Shown one piece after another: positions 54,269 through 63,457 of a DNA stretch of 64,000 nt. Numbering within the stretch: position 1 is the first letter of the stretch; every line of letters starts with the position of its first letter. Made by a program: the position numbers and the translations under genes. The DNA is from a virus. Its lineage: Duplodnaviria > Heunggongvirae > Uroviricota > Caudoviricetes. The stretch lies in the IMG/VR virus record IMGVR_UViG_2802429175_000002. The stretch is one strand, 5' to 3'. The notes below the pieces were generated by a model. It ran no database searches and was not told the DNA's origin. It worked only from the letters and a program-made list of their open reading frames with translations.

Positions 54269-54957
54269 GCAAGGTGTGGTTCACCTCTGACCTACATGTC
54301 GGCCATCCCAAGGTAGCTCAGCTCCGCGCGGATGATGTCGGGCTAGTGATGGATGCGTCGTATCGCACTGAAGACGAGATGCGCGCACGCATTGTGGAGT
54401 GGCACGACAACATGCTCGCTGCCCGCTGGGATGCGGTGGTTGCGCCTGGGGATGTCGTGTGGGTGGTTGGCGATATCTCGTCTGGTACGGCAGCTGGACA
54501 GCTGAGTGCCCTCGATTGGATCCGTGCACGGAACGGAGACAAACACCTGGTTCCCGGGAACCACTGCGGTACACATCCTCTCCACCGTGATTCACACAAG
54601 TGGCTGCCGATCTATTTGGATGGCGCGTTTAAGACCGTCCAGCTGGCCGCTAAGCGTCGAATCCCGCTGCGCGAGGGTCACGTAACCGCGATGGTGTCCC
54701 ACTTCCCGTACAGGGGCGACCATACGGATGAGGACCGCTATCCCGAGTGGCGTCTACCCGACCATGGGCATTACATCCTGCATGGCCACACGCACAGCAG
54801 TGAGAAGCTCAGCTACGGCTCGCCTCGCTGGGATGGTGCTACCTCGATTGCACGGAGCGCCCAGATTCACGTCGGCCTGGACGCATGGGATTACACGCCT
54901 GTGGGGCTTGATCAGATCGTGGAGATCGTTCAGGGCCTGGAGGACGCAACGTGCTGA
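54265..54957 (+). CDS. calcineurin-like metallophosphoesterase
   Basis: Motifs DLHVGH, GD, GNHC and HGHTH. Confidence 0.6.
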   Translation: MSKVWFTSDLHVGHPKVAQLRADDVGLVMDASYRTEDEMRARIVEWHDNMLAARWDAVVAPGDVVWVVGDISSGTAAGQLSALDWIRARNGDKHLVPGNHCGTHPLHRDSHKWLPIYLDGAFKTVQLAAKRRIPLREGHVTAMVSHFPYRGDHTDEDRYPEWRLPDHGHYILHGHTHSSEKLSYGSPRWDGATSIARSAQIHVGLDAWDYTPVGLDQIVEIVQGLEDATC

Positions 54958-55208
54958 TCATTCCAATTATGGTGAATAGCAGAGTTATTGGTGAGGTATT
55001 CATCTCGCGTCAGGAGATGTTCACCCCTGACCGTGGCAGTGCATACGTCTACCGCTGGAACGCAGAGCAGCGTGCCGCCAGGCTGTTGGATGGGACAAAG
55101 ATTCCGAAAGCCAGCGCATCTGGCACCCTGCACCACCGATACTCGGACGGCTCATGGGCGCTCATCGCTGAGGTTATGAAGCAAGTAAGCAAGGTGCTAC
55201 CCAGATGA
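54951..55208 (+). CDS. hypothetical protein
   Basis: 85-aa ORF. Confidence 0.4.
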   Translation: MLIIPIMVNSRVIGEVFISRQEMFTPDRGSAYVYRWNAEQRAARLLDGTKIPKASASGTLHHRYSDGSWALIAEVMKQVSKVLPR

Positions 55209-55402
55209 CATGGTCACATGAAGATGAAGCAATCTTCGCTCGAATCCTCAGTGACGCACCACCGCTCACTCAGTCCCAGCTGTCGAGGATCTCAGCCATT
55301 ACTGGGCTTGTGCCAGTGGACGTCGATGTTATGCCCGAGCGGAGCGTGAGTGGCCTGCATTCCCTTGAGTCCGATGGGGTGCACAACAATCGAGTCGCAT
55401 AG
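55205..55402 (+). CDS. hypothetical protein (convergently overlaps the integrase 3' end)
   Basis: 65-aa ORF. It overlaps the integrase gene on the opposite strand by about 110 nt, so the call is uncertain. Confidence 0.3.
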   Translation: MTWSHEDEAIFARILSDAPPLTQSQLSRISAITGLVPVDVDVMPERSVSGLHSLESDGVHNNRVA

Positions 55403-56689
55403 CGCCTCAATGAGGGCCCGTCTTGCATCGAGTGACATCTCGTCATAAAACCGACCACGGTCGTTCGCGGTGAGTATCCCATCGGGGAGTGGTTTGACAT
55501 TGGTTCGACGTAGCTTGTTTTCCACCTCATCTAACTTCACCTGCAGCCGCTCGTTGGCGATGCGCAACTGACTAGAGGTCAGCTCGCCTTCGGCGAAATC
55601 GACGGCAAGAGAGTCCATTCGGTGCTTTATTGCGTCGAGTTCCTCGCGCAACTGAAGAGCTAGCTCGCGGTTGTCCTGATTCCCGGGAACCCAATGCCTG
55701 CTCGACATCCTGCGTAGGACAAGCTCTTTCACCCACTCGTCCATCCGTTCAACACGGCGCGTTACTCGGCCACAGCTGACATGCTTGCACCGATAGATAG
55801 GAACGTTCCCGTTCTTTCTGTGCTGCACACCCACAGCCATCTTGTTCCCGCACTCGCTACATGTGAGTAGTCCACCCAGTAGGTATCGACGCACTTGGCG
55901 TGGCTGGTGTCGCGACGGATCGCTGAGGATGGAGTGGGCAGCTTCCCAGGTCGTCTCGTCAACGATCGCTGGCCAGTCGCCATCACCCACGGTCTCATTG
56001 CGGTAGGTGCGAATGGCTGTATAGCGTGGGTTCTGAAGGATTCTGCGAACCGTTGTGCCGGTGAAAAGATTGCCCCGGGGTGTCTTTAGGCCAGCGTCGT
56101 TCCAGCTCTTCGCGATGGAGTAGAGGGTCTCACCGGACATGAGCATCTTGTACCCACTGCGCAGTGCATCAGCTTCCTTGGGAACGATCTTGGCTTTCTC
56201 GTGGTCGCCGTTATAACCGAAGGCGCGAGGGCCCCAGCCTTTACCGGACTGTGCCATCTGTAGGAATGCTCGTTTCTGCCTGGCTGACTTGCGCTCCACC
56301 TCGGCCTTGGCTACTGCACCTTTGATGCGCGCGAACAGTCGACCGTTATCTGTGGATAGGTCAGCGTCACCACCCACAGTCGCAAGGGAGAGTTGCTTCT
56401 CGTCGGCCAACTCGATGAACTGCTCCAACTCCTTGGGCTGACGATGCAGACGATCAAGATCCCACGCCACCACGGCGTCTATGTGGCCACTGCGGATATC
56501 TGCGAGCATCCGCTCATAGGAAGGACGTCGTCCCTTGCTCGCGCTGGTGTCGTTGTCGATGTACTGGGTGGGCTCCCAGCCTCGGTCTTCGCAGATCTTC
56601 AGGCAGTCTTCACGCTGTCGGTCAACAGCCAACCCATCGCCATCGCGGTCCATGGACTGGCGCAGGTAGACAGCAGCTCGCATAGTCAC
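55292..56689 (-). CDS. int: large serine recombinase (serine integrase)
   Basis: N-terminal resolvase catalytic domain (AAVYLRQSMDRDGDGLAVDRQ...), recombinase domain, zinc ribbon (CSECGNK...CKHVSCG) and a coiled-coil. 465 aa. Confidence 0.85.
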   Translation of the reverse strand: MTMRAAVYLRQSMDRDGDGLAVDRQREDCLKICEDRGWEPTQYIDNDTSASKGRRPSYERMLADIRSGHIDAVVAWDLDRLHRQPKELEQFIELADEKQLSLATVGGDADLSTDNGRLFARIKGAVAKAEVERKSARQKRAFLQMAQSGKGWGPRAFGYNGDHEKAKIVPKEADALRSGYKMLMSGETLYSIAKSWNDAGLKTPRGNLFTGTTVRRILQNPRYTAIRTYRNETVGDGDWPAIVDETTWEAAHSILSDPSRHQPRQVRRYLLGGLLTCSECGNKMAVGVQHRKNGNVPIYRCKHVSCGRVTRRVERMDEWVKELVLRRMSSRHWVPGNQDNRELALQLREELDAIKHRMDSLAVDFAEGELTSSQLRIANERLQVKLDEVENKLRRTNVKPLPDGILTANDRGRFYDEMSLDARRALIEALCDSIVVHPIGLKGMQATHAPLGHNIDVHWHKPSNG

Positions 56690-56734
56690 AGATGATACCG
56701 CAGGAGACTGAATGATTGGGTGTGTAGCTGGTTA

Positions 56735-56800
56735 GATTGGCTAACGATCCGGGTAATAGAAAAGGGCCACCCATGTGGGCTGACCCTCTTCTCTATCGCC
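56735..56800. other. candidate attP region (imperfect inverted repeat centred on CATG)
   Basis: TAATAGAAAAGGGCCACCCATGTGGGCTGACCCTCTTCTCTAT shows imperfect dyad symmetry about CATG. It lies immediately upstream of the serine integrase gene. Confidence 0.3.
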
Positions 56801-56984
56801 TCCTGAACTTCGCTTTGTCAGCAGTGCAAAGGTGGTATTCGCCGCACCGGCATGGATAGGGCTCCAGCGGTATGAACCGCCTATTGGAGTGTGGCGCCTT
56901 GCATCGCTTACGGATGTTCTTCACTGCCTTCAAAGCCACACCCTTGTTGGCGTATACCTCCTTATGTGGCGTGGGGCAGATCAT
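56793..56984 (-). CDS. small Cys-rich protein
   Basis: The ATG at 56984 overlaps the upstream stop (ATGA). Cys/His pattern CPTPH...CKAPH...CRCGEYHLC. Confidence 0.4.
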   Translation of the reverse strand: MICPTPHKEVYANKGVALKAVKNIRKRCKAPHSNRRFIPLEPYPCRCGEYHLCTADKAKFRRR

Positions 56985-57154
56985 TCCCACACCTCAACCT
57001 CGTCAGTTTCGTGCAAGACCTTGACCGTGCCACAGTCTGTGAGTGTCACGGCTATGAAGTCCTCCAGGCGAAGCGTTTCGGCTACGGTGTCGGCGTAGTC
57101 GGGCAGGTAGTCGCCTTGCTTCAACTGGCGGGCCAGTTTCACTGCGGCGCTCAC
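56981..57154 (-). CDS. small hypothetical protein (57 aa)
   Basis: GTG start overlapping the upstream stop (GTGA). Not in the ORF track. Fits the translational-coupling chain. Confidence 0.3.
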   Translation of the reverse strand: MSAAVKLARQLKQGDYLPDYADTVAETLRLEDFIAVTLTDCGTVKVLHETDEVEVWE

Positions 57155-57426
57155 TTCCGCTTCTCCTTCTGAATGTTGGTGAGTGTCTTGTTGATTCGAT
57201 GCACCCGCGTGATGCGCTCGGGATACACGGACACGTACCGCTCGCCCTGGCCATGTAGGGGACCGCCCACGAATGTGAGTTCGTCCATGCCGGAACTGGT
57301 GTGTCGCCAGTACTGAAACCGGAAGCGCCCAGTCTTGCCCTTGATGGACACCTCAACCCCGGGGGTGAGTGTGCGCTTGCCCATCAAGTACTGGTAGTGA
57401 ACGTCCCGGGTGACAACCATGGTCAT
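57151..57426 (-). CDS. hypothetical protein
   Basis: 91-aa ORF. The overlapping 57003..57356 ORF is probably spurious. Confidence 0.45.
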   Translation of the reverse strand: MTMVVTRDVHYQYLMGKRTLTPGVEVSIKGKTGRFRFQYWRHTSSGMDELTFVGGPLHGQGERYVSVYPERITRVHRINKTLTNIQKEKRK

Positions 57427-57620
57427 CGCAGCCCCGCCAATCGTTGGTCCAGGTACTCCTCGGAGACACTGAATCCCTTGGCTTCCAGGCGTTTAGCTAG
57501 GCTGGCCCGGTTACGCCGACCGTGCCGGGTGTCCTTCCGTTTGTATGACTGGTCATAGTGGTGTCTGCATAGTGTCTTGGCGGTAGCGTCTTCCCAGCAG
57601 TAGCTGATCGAGCACTTCAC
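57423..57620 (-). CDS. small Cys-rich protein
   Basis: GTG start. Pattern CSISYCWEDATAKTLCRHHY. A 26-aa SAS-associated leader ORF sits at 57617..57697. Confidence 0.4.
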   Translation of the reverse strand: MKCSISYCWEDATAKTLCRHHYDQSYKRKDTRHGRRNRASLAKRLEAKGFSVSEEYLDQRLAGLR

Positions 57621-57766
57621 TGAGCCAACCTCCCCGACTCCTGGAGGTAGTCACCCCACCATTCGGGGCCGTAGTCGATCTCTTCCTCGTCGAACATTTT
57701 GGGTATCCCTTCCGTCGTGTATTTAGAACGTAAACCCGACCCACTTAATACAGGTCAAGGCATGTT

Positions 57767-58234
57767 TTAGGCCATAAGCAAGTAGGCCTTCAATGACCGG
57801 TACGCGCGGTCACTGGAGATGTCACCCGTGTGGCTATCCCTGCAGTGGCGGCAGAGCTTGTACCTGTCTGCAATGAACTTCCTTGACCGACCGGCCAATT
57901 GGGGGAGAGGGTGTAGCACCGTCTCGCCGTTGATGCACCGGCACGTAAGCGTGGTGTGAACAGCTCCACCACGCACCTGGTAGTAGCGGCTCCAGCGCCC
58001 GTGGCGCTGCCAACGCCCGTGGGCGTACAACATGGACGGGCCCATGTCTCTCAACGCCTCTGCGAGGCTCTCAGCCCGTTTTGCATCCTTCAGCCACACC
58101 GCACGGTCATACTTGCGGCGTAGGTTGCGTGCTTTCAGAACCATCTTGGCCCAATAGCGCTCGTGCTCGACAATCTCAACGCGCGTGAGCCGTTCGTGTT
58201 CAACTGGTGTTGATGTCCAACCTTCCAATAACAT
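57767..58234 (-). CDS. HNH-like zinc-binding endonuclease (tentative)
   Basis: Start MLLEGWTSTP preceded by the SAS-like AGAGGAAGGGATCAC. Pattern CRCINGETVLH...CRHCRDSH. Confidence 0.45.
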   Translation of the reverse strand: MLLEGWTSTPVEHERLTRVEIVEHERYWAKMVLKARNLRRKYDRAVWLKDAKRAESLAEALRDMGPSMLYAHGRWQRHGRWSRYYQVRGGAVHTTLTCRCINGETVLHPLPQLAGRSRKFIADRYKLCRHCRDSHTGDISSDRAYRSLKAYLLMA

Positions 58235-58359
58235 GTGATCCCTTCCTCTGGGCATAGAAAAAGGGCACGGGTTCGTGAGTCCCATGCCCTGAGTGCTGAA
58301 AACAGCAGAGCCGCAACGAGAATTGCTCCCGCTGCGGCTCCTCCGTACTCAGATGTGTG

Positions 58360-58575
58360 TTAGATGACCGGTGTTACGTCTGCCCGTCCGGTCGCCTGAC
58401 CATTGTTGGTGTAGATGATGGATCCGTTCTCATCGAGATAGTCATGTACGTCGGACCCGCCGTGCTCAGATGCTAAGGCGTTGGCAGTGGCGATGAGCTG
58501 CGGAAGATCCTTCCCCTCAGCATCGTTCGTGAATCCGTCATCCATTTTCAGCGCGATGCGGTATTGCTGTGTCAA
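58360..58575 (-). CDS. hypothetical protein
   Basis: 71-aa ORF. Confidence 0.4.
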   Translation of the reverse strand: MTQQYRIALKMDDGFTNDAEGKDLPQLIATANALASEHGGSDVHDYLDENGSIIYTNNGQATGRADVTPVI

Positions 58576-58829
58576 TTGACGTCCTTGTGTTGCTGCAGGT
58601 AGGCGATAACCTGACCGGCGACATCCTTGGGTGCATTAGTTTGACCGGTAACGGTGGAAGCTACCTCGTGAGTGCCGAACAGTGCTGCTGTAGCGGTGCC
58701 CTTAGGACCGTAGTAGACCCAAACGCCGTATTGCCCGCGCACATACACGCGACTGCGCTCATCGACCAGTTGCGCTAGGGCCCACCCGTTTTCCTTGGCT
58801 GCCTGTTCTATACGCTCACGCCCGTTCAC
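58572..58829 (-). CDS. hypothetical protein
   Basis: 85-aa ORF. Confidence 0.45.
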   Translation of the reverse strand: MNGRERIEQAAKENGWALAQLVDERSRVYVRGQYGVWVYYGPKGTATAALFGTHEVASTVTGQTNAPKDVAGQVIAYLQQHKDVN

Positions 58830-59023
58830 ACATGGCCCCGATACTTGAGCGCGTATCGCTTGATGGCCTTAACAGTCGGTGAAAGCATGTCGGAACCAAG
58901 GTCCACATCAGTCGTGGATTCGAGACGGTCTAGGAAGTCGTGCCAATCTACTGGCCCGCTGGGGTACCAGCCATCAACGATCGACTCAATTGCCTCTTCC
59001 ATCTCTGCTGTCAGTTCGGTCAT
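58826..59023 (-). CDS. hypothetical protein
   Basis: 65-aa ORF. Confidence 0.4.
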   Translation of the reverse strand: MTELTAEMEEAIESIVDGWYPSGPVDWHDFLDRLESTTDVDLGSDMLSPTVKAIKRYALKYRGHV

Positions 59024-59026
59024 GTG

Positions 59027-59245
59027 CTAACTCCCTGGTATTACTTGCCGACACTGATATTCAACCTGGTCGCACAAGACTGGATTGGTTGTCCAACCCC
59101 CATACGTGCCTGGTGTGTTCCATGTGGGCATGAGGGGACCGTTGTATCCCGGCTGATACTTGCACACATCGAAACGTGCACAGTCGGGAACCGTTGGGGG
59201 AGTAAGTATTACGCTACCAGCGATGAGGATAGCGGGGATAATCAC
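59027..59245 (-). CDS. small secreted/membrane Cys-rich protein
   Basis: N-terminal hydrophobic segment MIIPAILIAGSVIL followed by four Cys. Confidence 0.4.
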   Translation of the reverse strand: MIIPAILIAGSVILTPPTVPDCARFDVCKYQPGYNGPLMPTWNTPGTYGGWTTNPVLCDQVEYQCRQVIPGS

Positions 59246-59469
59246 TGACTCCCCAACCGTATTGAACTGACGTAGATGTCGTTGACCTCACTGTCAAGCA
59301 ACATGAGTTCGGTGTTGAGCCTGTTGGCAATACCCACAGCCTCAGCAAGTGTGCGGGCGGAGGTCCAAGGCTCATAGCCCGGTTCGTTCTCCGTGATGCG
59401 AGCAACGGTGTATTGCTGAGTCGCCCGATCGAAATAGGACTCGTCGGTGTGGTAGCAGACTCGTGCCAT
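59242..59469 (-). CDS. hypothetical protein
   Basis: Start MARVCYHTDES preceded by a SAS-like site and an ESAS-like upstream element. Confidence 0.45.
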   Translation of the reverse strand: MARVCYHTDESYFDRATQQYTVARITENEPGYEPWTSARTLAEAVGIANRLNTELMLLDSEVNDIYVSSIRLGSQ

Positions 59470-59492
59470 GGTTCGTACCCCTTCTCGTGTGT

Positions 59493-59552
59493 GGTGCTGA
59501 GTACACCAGACGGGCCGCGAGAAACACCCGCGCCCCATCCTGCCTACTCAGG
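59493..59552 (-). repeat. ESAS-like imperfect inverted-repeat element (copy A)
   Basis: GGTGCTGAGTACACCAGACGG - hairpin - CATCCTGCCTACTCAGG. Confidence 0.5.
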
Positions 59553-59556
59553 CTCA

Positions 59557-59919
59557 TTAGCTATAGACAACCTCACCGAACAAACCAGCTTGAATGATGC
59601 AGTCGTAGTCGATTGCGTCCGCGTCCGCCTCATCCCCGTTGGTTCGGTTGTACGCCGTGATGCGACTGCGGGTGGCACCGTCATATCCGGCGTTGAAGTA
59701 CTCAACCTTGCCGTCACAGACAAGGCGCAACCCTCGCGCAACCACATCAATGTCAACAGTGGCTGCGGGCGACTCGCCCTCGGGTAGGAATTCAACGACA
59801 TTGGTACCGTCATCTCGCACGTGCCATGACTGGTGGAGTGCCCAGTACCTAGCCGCTGCCATGCCTTGGTCCAAGATGTCTCCAAGGAATGTGACCCGCT
59901 CTTCTGTGCGATTTATCAT
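59557..59919 (-). CDS. hypothetical protein
   Basis: 120-aa ORF. Confidence 0.45.
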   Translation of the reverse strand: MINRTEERVTFLGDILDQGMAAARYWALHQSWHVRDDGTNVVEFLPEGESPAATVDIDVVARGLRLVCDGKVEYFNAGYDGATRSRITAYNRTNGDEADADAIDYDCIIQAGLFGEVVYS

Positions 59920-59922
59920 GGT

Positions 59923-60129
59923 CTAAACCCTCTCTACCAGGATGTTTGCAACATGCTCCCCATTGCGGACAATTATGCCGTCGTCAACCGACACATCGCC
60001 GCTCTTACGGCCAAACCAGTACAGTGCGTGCTGCTCAGCCTCCTTATAGGCCTCGGCTCGGTTGACCCTGCCAGGCCCTTGCCACATGACCCCGGTTCCA
60101 TCGGTTCCGAGGATGCTGGATGTATGCAT
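59923..60129 (-). CDS. hypothetical protein
   Basis: Start MHTSSILG immediately downstream of a SAS (GGAAGGGATATCTAATG). Confidence 0.45.
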   Translation of the reverse strand: MHTSSILGTDGTGVMWQGPGRVNRAEAYKEAEQHALYWFGRKSGDVSVDDGIIVRNGEHVANILVERV

Positions 60130-60154
60130 TAGATATCCCTTCCGTGTATCGCCG

Positions 60155-60209
60155 TTGAATACAGCAGGCGTACGACAGCGCGGCTGCCGCACACCCTCCC
60201 TATTCAGCC
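60155..60209 (-). repeat. ESAS-like element (copy B, degenerate)
   Basis: TTGAATACAGCAGGCG ... CCCTCCCTATTCAGCC. Confidence 0.4.
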
Positions 60210-60446
60210 GAGGATGTCTTTCAGTTCCCTCTTGATCCGGCGCGCTACCTCACCGCGCCAGGTTCCAGAGTTGGCCAGGAAGTGCAGGACGATGGACTCA
60301 GCAGAGTCACACCCATAACGTTCGTCTATGTCTCCGAGTGCAGCCATCGCAACCAAGTAGGGGACGGCGCCGAAATATGGCTTAGTCCAGTTCCTCTTGA
60401 TCTCGTCCGCAATCACATTCAACGGTCGTGCCGTGGTGGTTGTCAT
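60204..60446 (-). CDS. hypothetical protein
   Basis: Start MTTTTARPL preceded by a SAS. Confidence 0.45.
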   Translation of the reverse strand: MTTTTARPLNVIADEIKRNWTKPYFGAVPYLVAMAALGDIDERYGCDSAESIVLHFLANSGTWRGEVARRIKRELKDILG

Positions 60447-60463
60447 TAGTATCCCTTCCGTGT

Positions 60464-60537
60464 GTGCTGCCTAAATACAGCAGGCGGGCCGCGAAAAGGC
60501 TTGTACCCCTTCGTGACCCACCCTCCCTACTTAGACG
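60464..60537 (-). repeat. ESAS-like element (copy C)
   Basis: GTGCTGCCTAAATACAGCAGGCGGGCCGCGAAAAGG ... CCCTCCCTACTTAGACGG. Confidence 0.45.
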
Positions 60538-60604
60538 GTTTGCATTGGGCTATGAAGATTGCCGCGCAGATAACCCACGCGACAATCCATCCGGCATCCA
60601 CAAC

Positions 60605-61369
60605 TCAGCCGATCGCTCGCGCGAACTCGGCCTGACGTCCATCTCGCTGGCCATGGCTATAGCCGTCACGGTCAAATCGACTGCGAGTCTTGGCCTGACG
60701 AAGGTTCGGGTGAGCGTCTTGCATGGCAATCTCAGCCCGCTGCGCATCACCCCGGTAGAGCACTAGGGCAGCGCCACCGACAGACTCAATGGCGATGGTC
60801 TCCTGCTCGTGAATGCGTGACTCGATGGTCTGTGCATATCCCGCAAGCCAAGAGCGCCGGTATGTCTTGAGCCGTCCGGCGTCTTTCACCACCTTGGTAG
60901 TGAATGTGTTACTCGACCAGTCGTACCGCTCTTGTATCCGTTGGTATTCGGATGATGGTCGCACGTTCTCCACAAGTCGAACCATCTGCGGTCGCAACAT
61001 CTCCCATAGGAACTGGAGACGCTCGATGTGGTGAGGAACGCCGTACACCCATACAACGTAAGTACCACCACTGCTCGCATATACGGTGTGGCAGTGCAGG
61101 GCCCGAGCCATGCCATGTAGCAGTAGCGCTTGAGCTGACTGATACTTCCCGCGCACAAACACTTCCCATTGGATAGCGTTCGGTAGGTCTGAGATGTCCA
61201 AACCCTCTTTACGGGCATGGATTTGAGCCATGTCTAGCCCGTACTTGGCCACAATCTCGAACGCGCGAGCTTGAAACACACCCTCTTCGGGCGTACCCGC
61301 GACATCCTCAGCCTGACGGAGAAGCTTGGCTACTTTCTCAGTTATCTTGGCACGCTTATTGTCGTCCAT
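60605..61369 (-). CDS. hypothetical protein
   Basis: Start MDDNKRAK preceded by a SAS (ACACACGGAAGGGATACTAATG). 254 aa. Confidence 0.5.
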   Translation of the reverse strand: MDDNKRAKITEKVAKLLRQAEDVAGTPEEGVFQARAFEIVAKYGLDMAQIHARKEGLDISDLPNAIQWEVFVRGKYQSAQALLLHGMARALHCHTVYASSGGTYVVWVYGVPHHIERLQFLWEMLRPQMVRLVENVRPSSEYQRIQERYDWSSNTFTTKVVKDAGRLKTYRRSWLAGYAQTIESRIHEQETIAIESVGGAALVLYRGDAQRAEIAMQDAHPNLRQAKTRSRFDRDGYSHGQRDGRQAEFARAIG

Positions 61370-61391
61370 TAGTATCCCTTCCGTGTGTGTT

Positions 61392-61451
61392 GGTGCTGAA
61401 TACACCAGGCATACAACGGGTTACCCCGCTGTACACCCTGCCTATTCAGGC
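61392..61451 (-). repeat. ESAS-like element (copy D)
   Basis: GGTGCTGAATACACCAGGC - ACAACGGGTTACCCCGCTGT hairpin - CACCCTGCCTATTCAGGC. Confidence 0.5.
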
Positions 61452-61868
61452 CGAGAAGCGATGCCATGTGAGTGCGCTGTAAGTACGGCTGTTGACCTCA
61501 GCCCATGTGATGGTGCCGTCCTTGGCAACGTGGTAGATGTACTCAGCGCCTGAGTTGTACAGATCATCGCCAGGGCGAATCAGGTAGTTATCAGCGTCGA
61601 GATAGCGCACGCCGTAACCTGGTACAGACTCAGCCCGGTCAGTGCCAAGGTGGTTGTTCGGGTTGTCTTCTCCGAAAATCGATGACCAGCCGCCGAATTC
61701 GGCACCGGCCAGGATGGTTGCGCGGAACTTATCCACCCCATCGCGTTCGATGATCTTGCTATATACCGACAAGCGGCCATAGTCCCCGTCCGGGTAACCG
61801 TCGCTATGCACGTATACGCCAGCGTCGCCGGTATCAGTCGCAATCATGAGGATTGAACGTGTAGACAT
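61446..61868 (-). CDS. hypothetical protein
   Basis: Start MSTRSILM preceded by a SAS. Confidence 0.45.
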   Translation of the reverse strand: MSTRSILMIATDTGDAGVYVHSDGYPDGDYGRLSVYSKIIERDGVDKFRATILAGAEFGGWSSIFGEDNPNNHLGTDRAESVPGYGVRYLDADNYLIRPGDDLYNSGAEYIYHVAKDGTITWAEVNSRTYSALTWHRFSA

Positions 61869-61937
61869 TTTGTATCCCTTCCGTGTGGTGAAACCATCCG
61901 ACCACGCACCCAAACGATGCAGGTCAATGGATGTTTT

Positions 61938-61996
61938 GGTGCTAGATACACCAAGCGGGCCGCGAGAAGAACTCGCGACCCACTCTGCCTATCTAG
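61938..61996 (-). repeat. ESAS-like element (copy E)
   Basis: GGTGCTAGATACACCAAGCGGGCCGCGAGAAGAACTCGCGACCC ... CTGCCTATCTAG. Confidence 0.5.
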
Positions 61997-61998
61997 AA

Positions 61999-62583
61999 CT
62001 ATTCGGCTTTGCCTCTAATGGCTACCCATACTGTTGCCTGCATAACCGAGGCAGGAACACCAGCGTGTGCCGCAGCCTTGCGGTATGCGTCGGCTACCTT
62101 GTCATATGCGCCAACCCACGCAATCGTTTGTGCGGCAATGGCTTTATCCATCGTGCCGAACGCTGCACGTGCTGCCCATACATCTACTGTGACAGCGTCG
62201 GTATCTCCAAGGATGTTGCGCGCGAACGCTTTAACCTTGGGTCCGTTACCTAAACCGTCTAGGCCCTGTTCAATGACAGCAGCCGCGCGACGAACGTTCG
62301 CCCCCATTACTCCAGAGCGCAGGGGAGACCCTGCTAGGTGGTACTCAGCATCCCGTAGGTTGTCCACCCATCGGGTTTGTGGTGAGTATGCCGCGATAAC
62401 ACCGGCCACCACCTCATTGCCGACATTGTGACGTTCGGCAGCCTCAATAACCCACTGCCGTGCAGCGTCATACCACTTGGTACCCGCATCATGCTGCCAC
62501 GGTGCCGCGCTCTGCCAGATTGAATAAAGACGGTCTGCCATCTCATCGACTGAGAGGCTGTCAGACTTCCGATTCTTTGACAT
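61999..62583 (-). CDS. hypothetical protein
   Basis: Start MSKNRKSD preceded by a SAS. Confidence 0.45.
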   Translation of the reverse strand: MSKNRKSDSLSVDEMADRLYSIWQSAAPWQHDAGTKWYDAARQWVIEAAERHNVGNEVVAGVIAAYSPQTRWVDNLRDAEYHLAGSPLRSGVMGANVRRAAAVIEQGLDGLGNGPKVKAFARNILGDTDAVTVDVWAARAAFGTMDKAIAAQTIAWVGAYDKVADAYRKAAAHAGVPASVMQATVWVAIRGKAE

Positions 62584-62672
62584 GCGTATCCCTTCCGTGT
62601 GTAGACAATCTCGTGATTGATTGCCACAACCGGACACGGTTAGACCGTGCCCGACTGAAGCGAGCAATACGC

Positions 62673-63206
62673 TTAGAGTTGTTCCATTTGTGCGAGATAT
62701 GCACGCGCGCTGTCTAGTTCGGCAACGCGCTCTTGAACTTCAGCCTCAGCCTTTTCTTTCTCGCCGACGGCGTTCGCTACCTTGTACTTGGCCGCGCCAA
62801 CGATCGCCGCCTTAGACGCTTCGGTCGTTAGGTACCTGTCAGCTACAACGGCTGCGAGCTGTTCTAGCTTCTTCCGCGCGCTATCTGTGAGCTCGCGGAA
62901 TGTTCCACCTGCACTAGGTGAGTAGAGGACTTTCTTAAACCCCTTGTCGGTCAATACCTTGCGTTCAGCATCACCCCAGCGGCCAGGCGCAAAATCTGCG
63001 CTACACCGCCATGCGTCGTAGTCCTTATTGTTGATCGTTACGAGTCCCTGGAATCGAATGTGAACAGCAGGGGTCACAAACTCGTTGTCGTTGTCATATC
63101 TAGGCACATGAACGTAAAGCGAAACCGTGGCTTTACCGCTTACGCCCCGATCGTTAATGACGATAGTGGCAACACCATCATCATTGGAAACCTCTGTGAA
63201 TTCCAT
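62673..63206 (-). CDS. hypothetical protein
   Basis: Start MEFTEVSN preceded by a SAS. The C-terminus is coiled-coil-like. Confidence 0.45.
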   Translation of the reverse strand: MEFTEVSNDDGVATIVINDRGVSGKATVSLYVHVPRYDNDNEFVTPAVHIRFQGLVTINNKDYDAWRCSADFAPGRWGDAERKVLTDKGFKKVLYSPSAGGTFRELTDSARKKLEQLAAVVADRYLTTEASKAAIVGAAKYKVANAVGEKEKAEAEVQERVAELDSARAYLAQMEQL

Positions 63207-63289
63207 ATCTAATCCCTTCCGTGTGTGGATTGTGTGTAGTGAGCACACAACGCACACACCTAAACGGGGTTAGGTGCGACGCAATGCAA

Positions 63290-63437
63290 TCACTCTTCAT
63301 CGTCAAAATATGAGCTCACTTCCTCGCCTGTTGGGCGGAGGTAGACACGAACCGAGCGCGCCCAGTAATTAGGTAGATTCTGTGCGATTTCCCTAGCATC
63401 TACATTTTCGTCATCAGTCCATACAACGATGTCCATT
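63290..63437 (-). CDS. small hypothetical protein (about 48 aa), tentative
   Basis: Start MDIVVWTDDE preceded by a SAS. Coordinates are accurate to within 1 nt. Confidence 0.3.
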
Positions 63438-63457
63438 TATTGTCCCTTCCGTGTGAT

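Noticed and set aside
57003-57744. Track ORFs 57003..57356 (-) and 57553..57744 (-)
   Set aside because: Arg/Ser-rich composition, overlapping better-supported coupled small genes (56981..57154, 57151..57426, 57423..57620).
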